Assembly (NCBI GenBank): GCA_043808285.1
Contig: JAZDFA010000012.1
Span: forward strand, 67,680 to 131,679
Source: an archaeon
Lineage (GTDB): Archaea > Nanobdellota > Nanobdellia > Pacearchaeales > DTIR01
Length of the DNA stretch: 64,000 nt
Direction of reading: 5' to 3'
In this document: piece by piece, positions 1 through 7,572 of the stretch
How positions within the stretch are numbered: position 1 is the first letter of the stretch
Layout of the letters: each line of letters starts with the position of its first letter
Position numbers and translations under genes: made by a program
The notes under the pieces: model-generated
Databases searched by the model: none
The model's input: only the letters and a program-made list of their open reading frames with translations
What the model was told of the DNA's origin: nothing

Positions 1-207
1 TTTTATCTCTTCAAGCTGCAATTCTTTTTTTTCTTTGCAAGCTTCAAGCAAAACAAGCAATATATCCACTATGATGTCCCTGCTGTCTCCTGGCTGCAAT
101 AGCCCAAGGCTAAGGCATATTTTTTTTACAAGGTCTCTTTTGCCAAGATTGTATGGATTTTCATACCTTCTAAGAGTAATCTCATTTAGGGGGGAATCTT
201 TTACCAT
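1..207 (-). CDS. partial CDS (first 69 codons; continues beyond window start), small helix-rich possible DNA-binding protein
   Basis: ATG at 207 (minus), open to position 1: MVKDSPLNEITLRRYENPYNLGKRDLVKKICLSLGLLQPGDSRDIIVDILLVLLEACKEKKELQLEEIK. Absent from the ORF track because no stop lies in the window. Function is a guess. Confidence 0.4.
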   Translation of the reverse strand, partial: MVKDSPLNEITLRRYENPYNLGKRDLVKKICLSLGLLQPGDSRDIIVDILLVLLEACKEKKELQLEEIK

Positions 208-301
208 TGTTAAAAAAGGGTAATTTGTTTCTTAAATATTTCTCTTTTTGCAAGCAGTTTACCACAGTAATTTTTATAAACGGGGGATGAGGGGGTTAAC
301 A

Positions 302-652
302 ATGGAATTTGTTTCATTGCTATCAACCGGGCAGGGCTCATGGGCACAGGTATCTGGATTGATAAGAGATGGAGAATGGGATAAGATAATCTTAGTGGGA
401 GAGGCATATGCGCAGAAATTTTCATCTGAAAAGGAGATTGAATTTGTTCAAGTAGATTTTAACCAGCCAATAAATTCATTGAAAGATGAGTTGGTATCAA
501 AACTTAAAGAAAAAATAAAAGGCATCGATGTTGCGTTAAGCATTGCATCAGGAACAGGCAAAGAGCATATGGCGCTGATTTCTGCATTGCTTGCAATTCC
601 AGTGGGGGTAAGATTTTTTGTTCTTACAAAAGAAGGGGTAGTGGAATTATGA
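302..652 (+). CDS. hypothetical protein (116 aa)
   Basis: ORF 248..652. Preferred start is MEFVSLL at 302, about 25 nt downstream of TTTTATAAA (275-283). No recognisable motif. Confidence 0.4.
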   Translation: MEFVSLLSTGQGSWAQVSGLIRDGEWDKIILVGEAYAQKFSSEKEIEFVQVDFNQPINSLKDELVSKLKEKIKGIDVALSIASGTGKEHMALISALLAIPVGVRFFVLTKEGVVEL

Positions 653-658
653 TTTTCT

Positions 659-1618
659 TTAATATTCTTTCTTTTTGATTTTTAATTCTTTTTTATCTTT
701 TCCAAGAACAACGACCCTGCTTTCAATTTTCTCATCAAGAACTTTAAGATTGCAAAGTTTTGCTATTTTTTGAGAGAATTCCATTATTTCCTGATGCGAT
801 GGCATTCTTTCATAGGGGAGCCTTTGTCTTGAGAATCCTACAGACATAAATCCTTTTATCTCTACAAAAGAAGGCTTTGATTTTTTTATCATCGCTGCAT
901 AGTTTTCATGCTGAGTCATGTTTAATTCTCTTACAAGATTCATCCTAAAGACAGTTCTTGAATGAATATTGCTTATCTCTTTAAGAGTTTTATTCAGCCT
1001 TTCCCATCCGTCTGCTAAAGAGGAGTTGCATATTTTATTAAAAATCTCCTTGTTTGGAGCGTTCACAGAAACATATAATTGAGTTGGGAGGCTGTCTTCT
1101 TTTTTCATCTCTTTTATTTTTTGAGGAAGCATTCCATTTGTGACGAGAAAACTTGTTTTTTTCATTTTTCTTAACTGTGAGATTAATTCAGAAATAAATG
1201 GATATATTGTAGGCTCTCCTGCTAGGGAGATTGCAAATTGGGTTGGATCTGATGCCTCTGCAAATTTTGCCTTGTTCACTTTTTTGTTTCCATTAAAGCC
1301 GCTTAGCATCTTTCTTTGTTGAGTTATGCATTCATTTATCACTATTTTAGGAGAATCCACCTCTTTTTTTTCAAGTTTTGAACCCAGAGTGTATTCAATA
1401 GCGCGCCAGCAATGAAGGCATTTATTGTGGCACCATGCAACACTGGGAGACATCTGGCAGCATAGATGGGAGCTTATGCCATAAAATTTTTCTTTGTAGC
1501 AGAATCCTTCATTAAGAAGAGATTTTTTTGTCCATCTGCATATTTGCACAGCAGAATTCTTTCCAGCAATTCCATAATGCTGCTTTTTAGCAATTTTTAA
1601 AAATTCAGAAGATATCAT
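659..1618 (-). CDS. taw1: tRNA 4-demethylwyosine synthase (Taw1/TYW1 family radical SAM)
   Basis: 319 aa. N-terminal Cys-rich region plus radical SAM motif CHNKCLHCW. Overall Taw1-like sequence (YGI..H.CCQ, AISLAGEPT). Confidence 0.8.
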   Translation of the reverse strand: MISSEFLKIAKKQHYGIAGKNSAVQICRWTKKSLLNEGFCYKEKFYGISSHLCCQMSPSVAWCHNKCLHCWRAIEYTLGSKLEKKEVDSPKIVINECITQQRKMLSGFNGNKKVNKAKFAEASDPTQFAISLAGEPTIYPFISELISQLRKMKKTSFLVTNGMLPQKIKEMKKEDSLPTQLYVSVNAPNKEIFNKICNSSLADGWERLNKTLKEISNIHSRTVFRMNLVRELNMTQHENYAAMIKKSKPSFVEIKGFMSVGFSRQRLPYERMPSHQEIMEFSQKIAKLCNLKVLDEKIESRVVVLGKDKKELKIKKKEY

Positions 1619-1960
1619 GCTGAATTAAACCACCAAAATATAATTTTAAACTTTTCCTTCTAAGAATCTGAAGAAAAAATATAAAAGAAAGAGATAAAAA
1701 AATAAAAAAAAAACAACAGAATAAGCAAGCTAAGTTAAAGCTTACTTATTTCTTCTTTTTCTTCTTTGCTGCCATCTTGAAAACCTCTTTTAAGATAATT
1801 TTGTTATTATCAAAACTCATTTTATATTTATATACCTTTCTGTTTTTTTTGAAAATTTCTTGATTTTTTTATCAATTGATAATATGATCTCGTCGATAAA
1901 TTTTAATTATTTTTAAATGACAAATGAAAAATTTTATTTTTATAATATTCAGTTACTTTT

Positions 1961-2188
1961 TTATGTCAAGAACACTTGACAAAACCACATACTTTTAGTA
2001 TGTGGTCGTGTGTTCTTGAGCATCCTAACCAAGAAAAACTTGAAGGTTTTTCAGGGTCCCGAAAAGCTTTGCTTTTCGCGAAGTTGCACGCAAACCACAC
2101 CCCCGCAAAAAGCAAAGCTTTTTTGGGCATAAGAAATCTAGTAAGATTTCCTCTGTTTAGGGTGGGTAAAACTCAGCAACTTTTTGAT
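1961..2188 (+). repeat. modular hairpin repeat locus R1 (forward)
   Basis: TTATGTCAAGAACAC..GTGTTCTTGAGCATCCTAAC, then GAAAAAC/GTTTTTC and CGAAAAGC/GCTTTTCG hairpins. Then AAGTTGC-ACGCAAACC..two nested hairpins..GTAAAACTCAGCAACTTTTTGAT. Confidence 0.85.
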
Positions 2189-2219
2189 TTCTTAAGAACA
2201 AAATTATTTTTTTAAAAAG

Positions 2220-2292
2220 TGGACCCGCTGGGATTTGAACCCAGAACCTTCCCGCAGCGAACGGGACGTCGTAGCCATTGGACCACGGGCCC
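2220..2292 (-). tRNA. tRNA-Ala (anticodon CGC)
   Basis: 73-nt cloverleaf drawn by hand: acceptor GGGCCCG/CGGGTCC with the G3:U70 alanine identity pair. Anticodon stem TCCCG/CGGGA, loop TTCGCTG. T arm CTGGG-TTCAAAT-CCCAG. No encoded CCA. Position 37 is U, which is unusual. Confidence 0.8.
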
Positions 2293-2295
2293 TTT

Positions 2296-3798
2296 TTATC
2301 TAGTATTAACCCACCAAATTACCATTATCAAAATTAGCAGAAGAACAAGGAGCCACTTCATAATCTTTGAAATTATCTCGGCTTTATTCTTTGATTTTGT
2401 AAGAACAAGCATTGTGAGGTAGAATACTTTCCCTCCGTCGAATACCCCCGAGAGCGGAAGCATATTCATAAGAGCAACACTTATATTGAGCAGCACTATC
2501 CACCATAAAAGATTGTAGATGAATATCATCAAGGATGGAAAAGCTATTGGGACATAGAATATAGCAGTGTCCCTTATTTTCTTTCCAATTTTTTGAGCAA
2601 AAGATGCTAGCTTACTAGACAAAGTATCTGGATTTTGCAGGAATCCTATTCCTAAGATTGCCTGACTCTTATTCTTTGAGTTTGCTGAAAGTGTTAGCGA
2701 AACTGTTTTTCTTTCATAGTTTTGATTTATTGTCTCTACAGTTATTTCTTCGTACGGCTTGTATTTTGATAATTCCCTGCGCAGGCTCTCAACACTATCT
2801 ATTTTTTGAGAGTTTATTTTGCTTATTGCTCCCGCAATTCCCATCTTGATTGCTGGCGCATCGTCAAATACAATTATTTCTGCCGGAATGCTTTTATTCT
2901 GAGCAGATAATGCTAGTGCAAGCATCAATTCCTTTGGAGAGAGGAATTCCTTGCCATATGCATTTATCTTTGTGAGATTAATATACCGGTTGTTTATTGT
3001 TGCGATAAAATCAGGATTATTTGAGTCTGTATTATTTATGAGATAAATAAATTGGGATGTTGAAAGATTGCTTGTGTTAATCATTCCTATCTGGGTTATA
3101 TCTGTCACGTTCACATTTGTTGTAAGGTATGTATCAAATATCACTCCTGCCGGGAAGAAGAATATTTTTGCGAATGCTATCATTATTATTCCGAATAGCA
3201 AGGTCATTATGACATTCGCAAAGCTTCCTGCAGAAAGAATTACTATCTGAGAAAAATTATTTTTTTTGATAAGCTGCTTTTCATCCGGCTCTACAAATGC
3301 TGCAATAAAAGGCCCCAAGAATCCAAATCCTGTGGACTTAACTTTTACACCGTAGAATTTTGAGAATATCCCATGGGCAAATTCATGGCTTAATGCAATA
3401 ACTCCTATTGCTATAATCCAATATGTGAAGTAAAATGGGGGGAGATAATCTATCTTGAATGCTTGAGTGAAATATGGGAATATGGGCATGATTGGAGGAA
3501 TCTTCATCATCTTGGAAAGCAGGGGTATTTCAATGAGATTTTTTACCATTTCTATAAAAAGCCAAATAGAAGCTATCATGAGGATATACCCGATAGAGAT
3601 TACAAAATAACTTGCAATGTGAAGCAGTTTTTTATGCTGTTTTGCTGATTTGTTTATGAACTCCAGCCCAAATTTCGTGGGGTAGAGGAAGAAAACCTTG
3701 CTTTCTACTTTTAAATTCTTTTTTTTCTTAATAAGAAATACAACAAGAAACAAACAGAATAGTACAAGGAATGCTACATCATAATAGAGAAATTTCAT
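2296..3798 (-). CDS. site-2 protease family (M50) membrane metalloprotease with PDZ-like insert
   Basis: 500 aa, multi-TM. HEFAHG (HExxH) and NMLPLSGVFDGG (NxxPxxxxDG) motifs. Confidence 0.8.
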   Translation of the reverse strand: MKFLYYDVAFLVLFCLFLVVFLIKKKKNLKVESKVFFLYPTKFGLEFINKSAKQHKKLLHIASYFVISIGYILMIASIWLFIEMVKNLIEIPLLSKMMKIPPIMPIFPYFTQAFKIDYLPPFYFTYWIIAIGVIALSHEFAHGIFSKFYGVKVKSTGFGFLGPFIAAFVEPDEKQLIKKNNFSQIVILSAGSFANVIMTLLFGIIMIAFAKIFFFPAGVIFDTYLTTNVNVTDITQIGMINTSNLSTSQFIYLINNTDSNNPDFIATINNRYINLTKINAYGKEFLSPKELMLALALSAQNKSIPAEIIVFDDAPAIKMGIAGAISKINSQKIDSVESLRRELSKYKPYEEITVETINQNYERKTVSLTLSANSKNKSQAILGIGFLQNPDTLSSKLASFAQKIGKKIRDTAIFYVPIAFPSLMIFIYNLLWWIVLLNISVALMNMLPLSGVFDGGKVFYLTMLVLTKSKNKAEIISKIMKWLLVLLLILIMVIWWVNTR

Positions 3799-3822
3799 TT
3801 TTTATCATTAAACTACTTGGGC

Positions 3823-3984
3823 TTACTTCTTTTTCATTGCCCTAAAAGCTCGGCCTTTGCATCTTCTGCATTTAACTTTGCCTTCAAGTATCTTGCGGGG
3901 TTCTATTCTTATCTTAGCATTGCAATCCTTGCATATGAATGCGTTTTTAAATAATCTAGCTTGAGCCGCAGGTATTTTAGCCAT
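3823..3984 (-). CDS. rpl40e: 50S ribosomal protein L40e
   Basis: 53-codon ORF below the track cutoff: MAKIPAAQARLFKNAFICKDCNAKIRIEPRKILEGKVKCRRCKGRAFRAMKKK. Zn-ribbon CxxC..CxxC pattern and basic tail typical of L40e. Sits directly upstream of aIF5A. Confidence 0.7.
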   Translation of the reverse strand: MAKIPAAQARLFKNAFICKDCNAKIRIEPRKILEGKVKCRRCKGRAFRAMKKK

Positions 3985-3986
3985 TT

Positions 3987-4379
3987 TTATCCTAACACCC
4001 TTTTTATTATTTTAGTTCCTTCAATGTCCCAGTATTCCACTTGAGCGCCTTCTTTGGCATTTTCTTTTATCTCTCCTGAAATAATCACATCCATTGTTTC
4101 GTAACTTTCTATGTCCATTATATTTGCAGAGTTTTCAGTTAGAGTAAGTATCTGGCCTCTTTTTTTCTCAACCATTGGAACATCGAGCCTGTCATCTCCA
4201 GGTTTTACTATCATTCTTTTCTTGTCATCAACAATGCCTACTGCTTCCATTCTGCATTTTGAAGCGCCATGTTTTCCAGTCTTGCTTATATCAATATTCC
4301 TTACTACGCAAGGAGCACCATCTACCATTATGAACGTTCCTTCCTTGCATTCATGCGCATTTATTAATTTGAAACCCAT
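3987..4379 (-). CDS. eif5a: translation initiation factor 5A (aIF5A)
   Basis: 130 aa with hypusine-loop motif SKTGKHGASK. Confidence 0.9.
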   Translation of the reverse strand: MGFKLINAHECKEGTFIMVDGAPCVVRNIDISKTGKHGASKCRMEAVGIVDDKKRMIVKPGDDRLDVPMVEKKRGQILTLTENSANIMDIESYETMDVIISGEIKENAKEGAQVEYWDIEGTKIIKRVLG

Positions 4380-4450
4380 ATAAAAAATAAATTAAGAGCG
4401 TTTATAAAAGTTACCATTCATATTTTTTTAAATAAACTCTAAAAATAGGT

Positions 4451-4545
4451 CATAAAGTTGTTGAGTGCTACCTATCGATGTACAACTTCGCGAAAAACAG
4501 AAACTTTTCTCTGGGAGTTTTGAGAACACACGATTTTTATCAATT
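4451..4545 (-). repeat. modular hairpin repeat locus R2 (reverse, degenerate)
   Basis: AAAGTTGTTGAGTGCTA..CAACTTCGCGAAAAAC..CTTTTCTCTGGG..GAGAACACAC. Matches the reverse complement of blocks seen at 50204-50417. Confidence 0.55.
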
Positions 4546-4589
4546 GTTTTTGGCGTAAGATTTTTAAAGCAATCAAAACTTGATGACAA

Positions 4590-5258
4590 ATGATAAAGAA
4601 AAATGATTTTGTAAAGCTTGAATTCATTGGAAAAGTAGTTGAAACTGGAGAAGTATTTGACACAACTAATGAATCTGAAGCAAAGAAAGCAGGCATTTTC
4701 AACGAGAATGAAAAGAGCAAATTTAATCCCTTAAAAATTTGTGTTGGAATGGGAATGCTTGTATCTGGTTTTGACAAGGCATTAGAGGAAAAAGAGCTAA
4801 ACAAGGATTATGAGATAGAATTAAACCCACAAGAAGCATTTGGCAAAAGAGACAGCAAACTTGTAAGGACAATGTCTGTTTCTGCTTTTCGGCAAAGAGG
4901 AATAGACCCTATAACTGGAATGATGCTTTCATTGGATAATTTTTTGGTCAGGATTGCTTCAGTATCCTCTGGAAGAGCAATAGTTGATTTTAATAATCCA
5001 CTGTCTGGAAAACATATATTATACAAATTCAAGATATTAGAGAATATAACCGACATGAGCGAGAAGATATCAATACTCTGCAAGGTATTAGTAGGATTTG
5101 AAGGCAAGATCATAGAAGAGAAAGGCAAATATTCTTTGGAATTTGATTTTAAAATGCCTCCAAAGATAGAAGAAGAGTTAAAGAGAAAGATAAAAGAGAT
5201 ACTGAAGATAGAGATAGAGGTAATAGAAAGCAAGAAAGAAGAGCAAGCTAATAATTAA
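4590..5258 (+). CDS. FKBP-type peptidyl-prolyl cis-trans isomerase (archaeal long type with IF insert)
   Basis: 222 aa. VKLEFIGK..GEVFDTT..GFDKAL..VDFNNPLSGK closely follows the archaeal FKBP17/SlyD-like pattern. Confidence 0.8.
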   Translation: MIKKNDFVKLEFIGKVVETGEVFDTTNESEAKKAGIFNENEKSKFNPLKICVGMGMLVSGFDKALEEKELNKDYEIELNPQEAFGKRDSKLVRTMSVSAFRQRGIDPITGMMLSLDNFLVRIASVSSGRAIVDFNNPLSGKHILYKFKILENITDMSEKISILCKVLVGFEGKIIEEKGKYSLEFDFKMPPKIEEELKRKIKEILKIEIEVIESKKEEQANN

Positions 5259-7552
5259 ACTACCTGACTTTTTGTCTGGGGAAATTTATCATATTTTTTT
5301 TCTATTTCCGCAACAACATCTTTCATTTCTTTTTTAGGCTTTTTTAATTTTGTCAACACTGCAAAAAATATTATCAGGATTGCAAGAACTATCATTGCAA
5401 TGCCAAGCAGCCTTGTATCTTTCTTTTTCTCGCATTTTGCAATGCAGCACCTTTCTCCATTAATCAATATGCTTCCGCCATTGCATATCTGCTCTTTCTT
5501 GCAGACTGTGCCATTGTAATCCTTGCAGGTCTTATTCTGCTGAGAGACTATTGAAGTTGTATTTTTTGTTATTTGAGATTCGTTTTTAGTGAATGTTATA
5601 TTTATTGGCAGTATTGCAGATACTTCATCGTTTGATGCCATGATGAATCCTATGTAATTCCCCTCTTTTTGGGATTTGAAGATTATTGGAACCTGAATTT
5701 GAGAACCTGCATCTATTTCTTTTATTCTCATTGAGGAAAGATTGATGACTGAATTAAGGTCTCTTGAATAAGAAAGAGAAATGTCTTTTAGCACTGTCTG
5801 CCCAGAATTCTTTATTGTTACTGCGACTAGACTGTCCTCTTTTGCAAGAATTGTGAGATTTATTTCACTCTCAACAAATCTAAAATGCTCTTTTGGGACT
5901 TCTATTATTGTTATTGTGCCATTGATTACTTCAGATAATATGAAAACAGGGATAGAATAGCTGCTAGAGATGAATTTAGAAGCAGTTACCTCTAAATAAG
6001 CGGTTATATTCCCGCTTATTGGATTTTTTCCTATTTTTGAAGGAATCTCAAAAATTTCTTTTTTCTCTTCGTTTTGCTTGAGTGAAAATTCTCTTTTTAT
6101 GCCAAAGGGAGAAAAATTAATAGAGAAACTTGAATCTGTTACACCCCTGTTTTTAAAAGTTATAGTGAAATTATTGGCAGTTTTTACTTTTACTGCAGAG
6201 GGTATGATAGAAGAGATAGATTCTATTTTAGCATTTGGGAAGACAAATACTGCAGATTCCAATTCCATGCTGAGATTACCATATATACTCTCTTGCAGCC
6301 ATTTTTCTGCTTTTAGTGCAGCGTTATTCTCTTTTGCTTTCTGCAGCGCAAGAGATGCAAAAAGAGTTGCATCTAAATCTGGAGAGGGTGTTTGGATAAG
6401 AGAATTTTTTGTAAAGTACCCTTGCTGGTGCTGATTATTAAGCAGGAAATCTTTTGTACTAGAGTCTCCAAAGTAGAGTGCAACTGATTTTTCTTTTATT
6501 GTTGCAGCATTTTTCTTTATCCAAGAAATTGCCCCATCATTGTCAAGTTCAAGATTTTCCAATGCAATTGCCGCGTAGATTGTAGAATCAATGTCACATT
6601 CTGATCTGAAATACTTTCCAAAGCACTTTTCATTATTGAGCATTATTGAGAAGTAAGAGCCTCCAGCCTGCATTGGGAACTCTGATATCTTGCCCAAATA
6701 AGTATGAAGTATTTTTGCGTTGTTGGGAGTGCAATTTGCAATTATCTGCACGAAGGAGGGCTTGCTTTTCAAATCAATATTGATTGTATTCTGATTTGCT
6801 GAAATGTTGACAATCTTCTTTTCAGAATTGACATAAATTTCACATTGCCCTTCTGATGGTGAATCAAGCACAACATCCCACAATCCAATCTCAAGATTGT
6901 TTTGCGAATCAATAATCCAAGAAGTACCTACTTCAGCAGAATTCTTTTTTAATGCCCATATTGTTAATGCAGTCTCTTTGATAGTGCAGGGAAGAGAAGA
7001 GGGGGGGGAAGGATTCCAGCAAGAGTTGGAGGAAGATTTTCTTGAATTAATCTCCTGTTTAACTGCATAAGATATTGAAGGAGAGTAAGAAAGCGATAAT
7101 AACACAAGCGATAAGTCTTTTGTTGAAAGAGTGCTTATTTTGGAAGATAATTCTGATTCTATATCTTTGTAGAATGAAGATATAGAGTTTTTTATTTCAA
7201 AAATTTCTTCTTTCTCTGTTCCTTTCAAAACTCCGTCTTCTCTGTATAGGGCATTCTTTATCTTAAAATGATAAGCCCCCACCTTGGATGGCAAGTCAAC
7301 ATAAACCCAGTAGTTTGTTTCTGAAACTTTTAGCATATAGAATGCAAGACCTGCCTCTTTTCCTTCACTATCCATGAAGTATATGTTATTTACTTCTAAT
7401 GGCTTGAAGAATTGCCCAGTTATATTTGCCTGAAATGTCTCTGAAGGAAAATATTCTTTCTTTGACAATGAAATATCTAGGGCAGTAACATTAGGAATAA
7501 GAATAAGCGAGATTATAATGAGGCATATAAATTGCCTGTTTTTAGATTCCAT
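5255..7552 (-). CDS. secreted/anchored surface protein with alpha/alpha-toroid (prenyltransferase/squalene-cyclase-like) repeats, beta-rich region, Cys-rich stalk and C-terminal TM
   Basis: 765 aa. N-terminal signal-like helix. Repeats of the type TALTIWAL, STIYAAIALE, DATLFASLALQ. Cys cluster CKDYNGTVCKKEQICNGG..CCIAKC, then a TM helix and short basic tail. Confidence 0.55.
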   Translation of the reverse strand: MESKNRQFICLIIISLILIPNVTALDISLSKKEYFPSETFQANITGQFFKPLEVNNIYFMDSEGKEAGLAFYMLKVSETNYWVYVDLPSKVGAYHFKIKNALYREDGVLKGTEKEEIFEIKNSISSFYKDIESELSSKISTLSTKDLSLVLLSLSYSPSISYAVKQEINSRKSSSNSCWNPSPPSSLPCTIKETALTIWALKKNSAEVGTSWIIDSQNNLEIGLWDVVLDSPSEGQCEIYVNSEKKIVNISANQNTINIDLKSKPSFVQIIANCTPNNAKILHTYLGKISEFPMQAGGSYFSIMLNNEKCFGKYFRSECDIDSTIYAAIALENLELDNDGAISWIKKNAATIKEKSVALYFGDSSTKDFLLNNQHQQGYFTKNSLIQTPSPDLDATLFASLALQKAKENNAALKAEKWLQESIYGNLSMELESAVFVFPNAKIESISSIIPSAVKVKTANNFTITFKNRGVTDSSFSINFSPFGIKREFSLKQNEEKKEIFEIPSKIGKNPISGNITAYLEVTASKFISSSYSIPVFILSEVINGTITIIEVPKEHFRFVESEINLTILAKEDSLVAVTIKNSGQTVLKDISLSYSRDLNSVINLSSMRIKEIDAGSQIQVPIIFKSQKEGNYIGFIMASNDEVSAILPINITFTKNESQITKNTTSIVSQQNKTCKDYNGTVCKKEQICNGGSILINGERCCIAKCEKKKDTRLLGIAMIVLAILIIFFAVLTKLKKPKKEMKDVVAEIEKKYDKFPQTKSQVV

Positions 7553-7572
7553 TTTTCCCCTCTTTATGATGC

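Noticed and set aside
1745-1819. 24-codon minus-strand ORF MSFDNNKIILKEVFKMAAKKKKKK in the taw1 upstream region
   Set aside because: It is too short, the Lys tail comes from an A-rich tract, and no spacing-appropriate promoter was found.
1976-2422. Track ORFs 1976..2215 and 2219..2422 as protein genes
   Set aside because: The first is a translation of repeat R1; the same peptide-like strings recur wherever the repeat occurs. The second runs antisense through tRNA-Ala and the 3' end of the M50 protease gene.
4808-5233. 141-aa minus-strand ORF, plus many similar 60-140 aa ORFs antisense to long genes (e.g. 12322..12585, 26430..26801, 37495..37908, 58302..58622, 59340..59768)
   Set aside because: All lie fully inside well-supported genes on the other strand. 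They have low-complexity or hydrophobic shadow composition and no promoter or RBS context.
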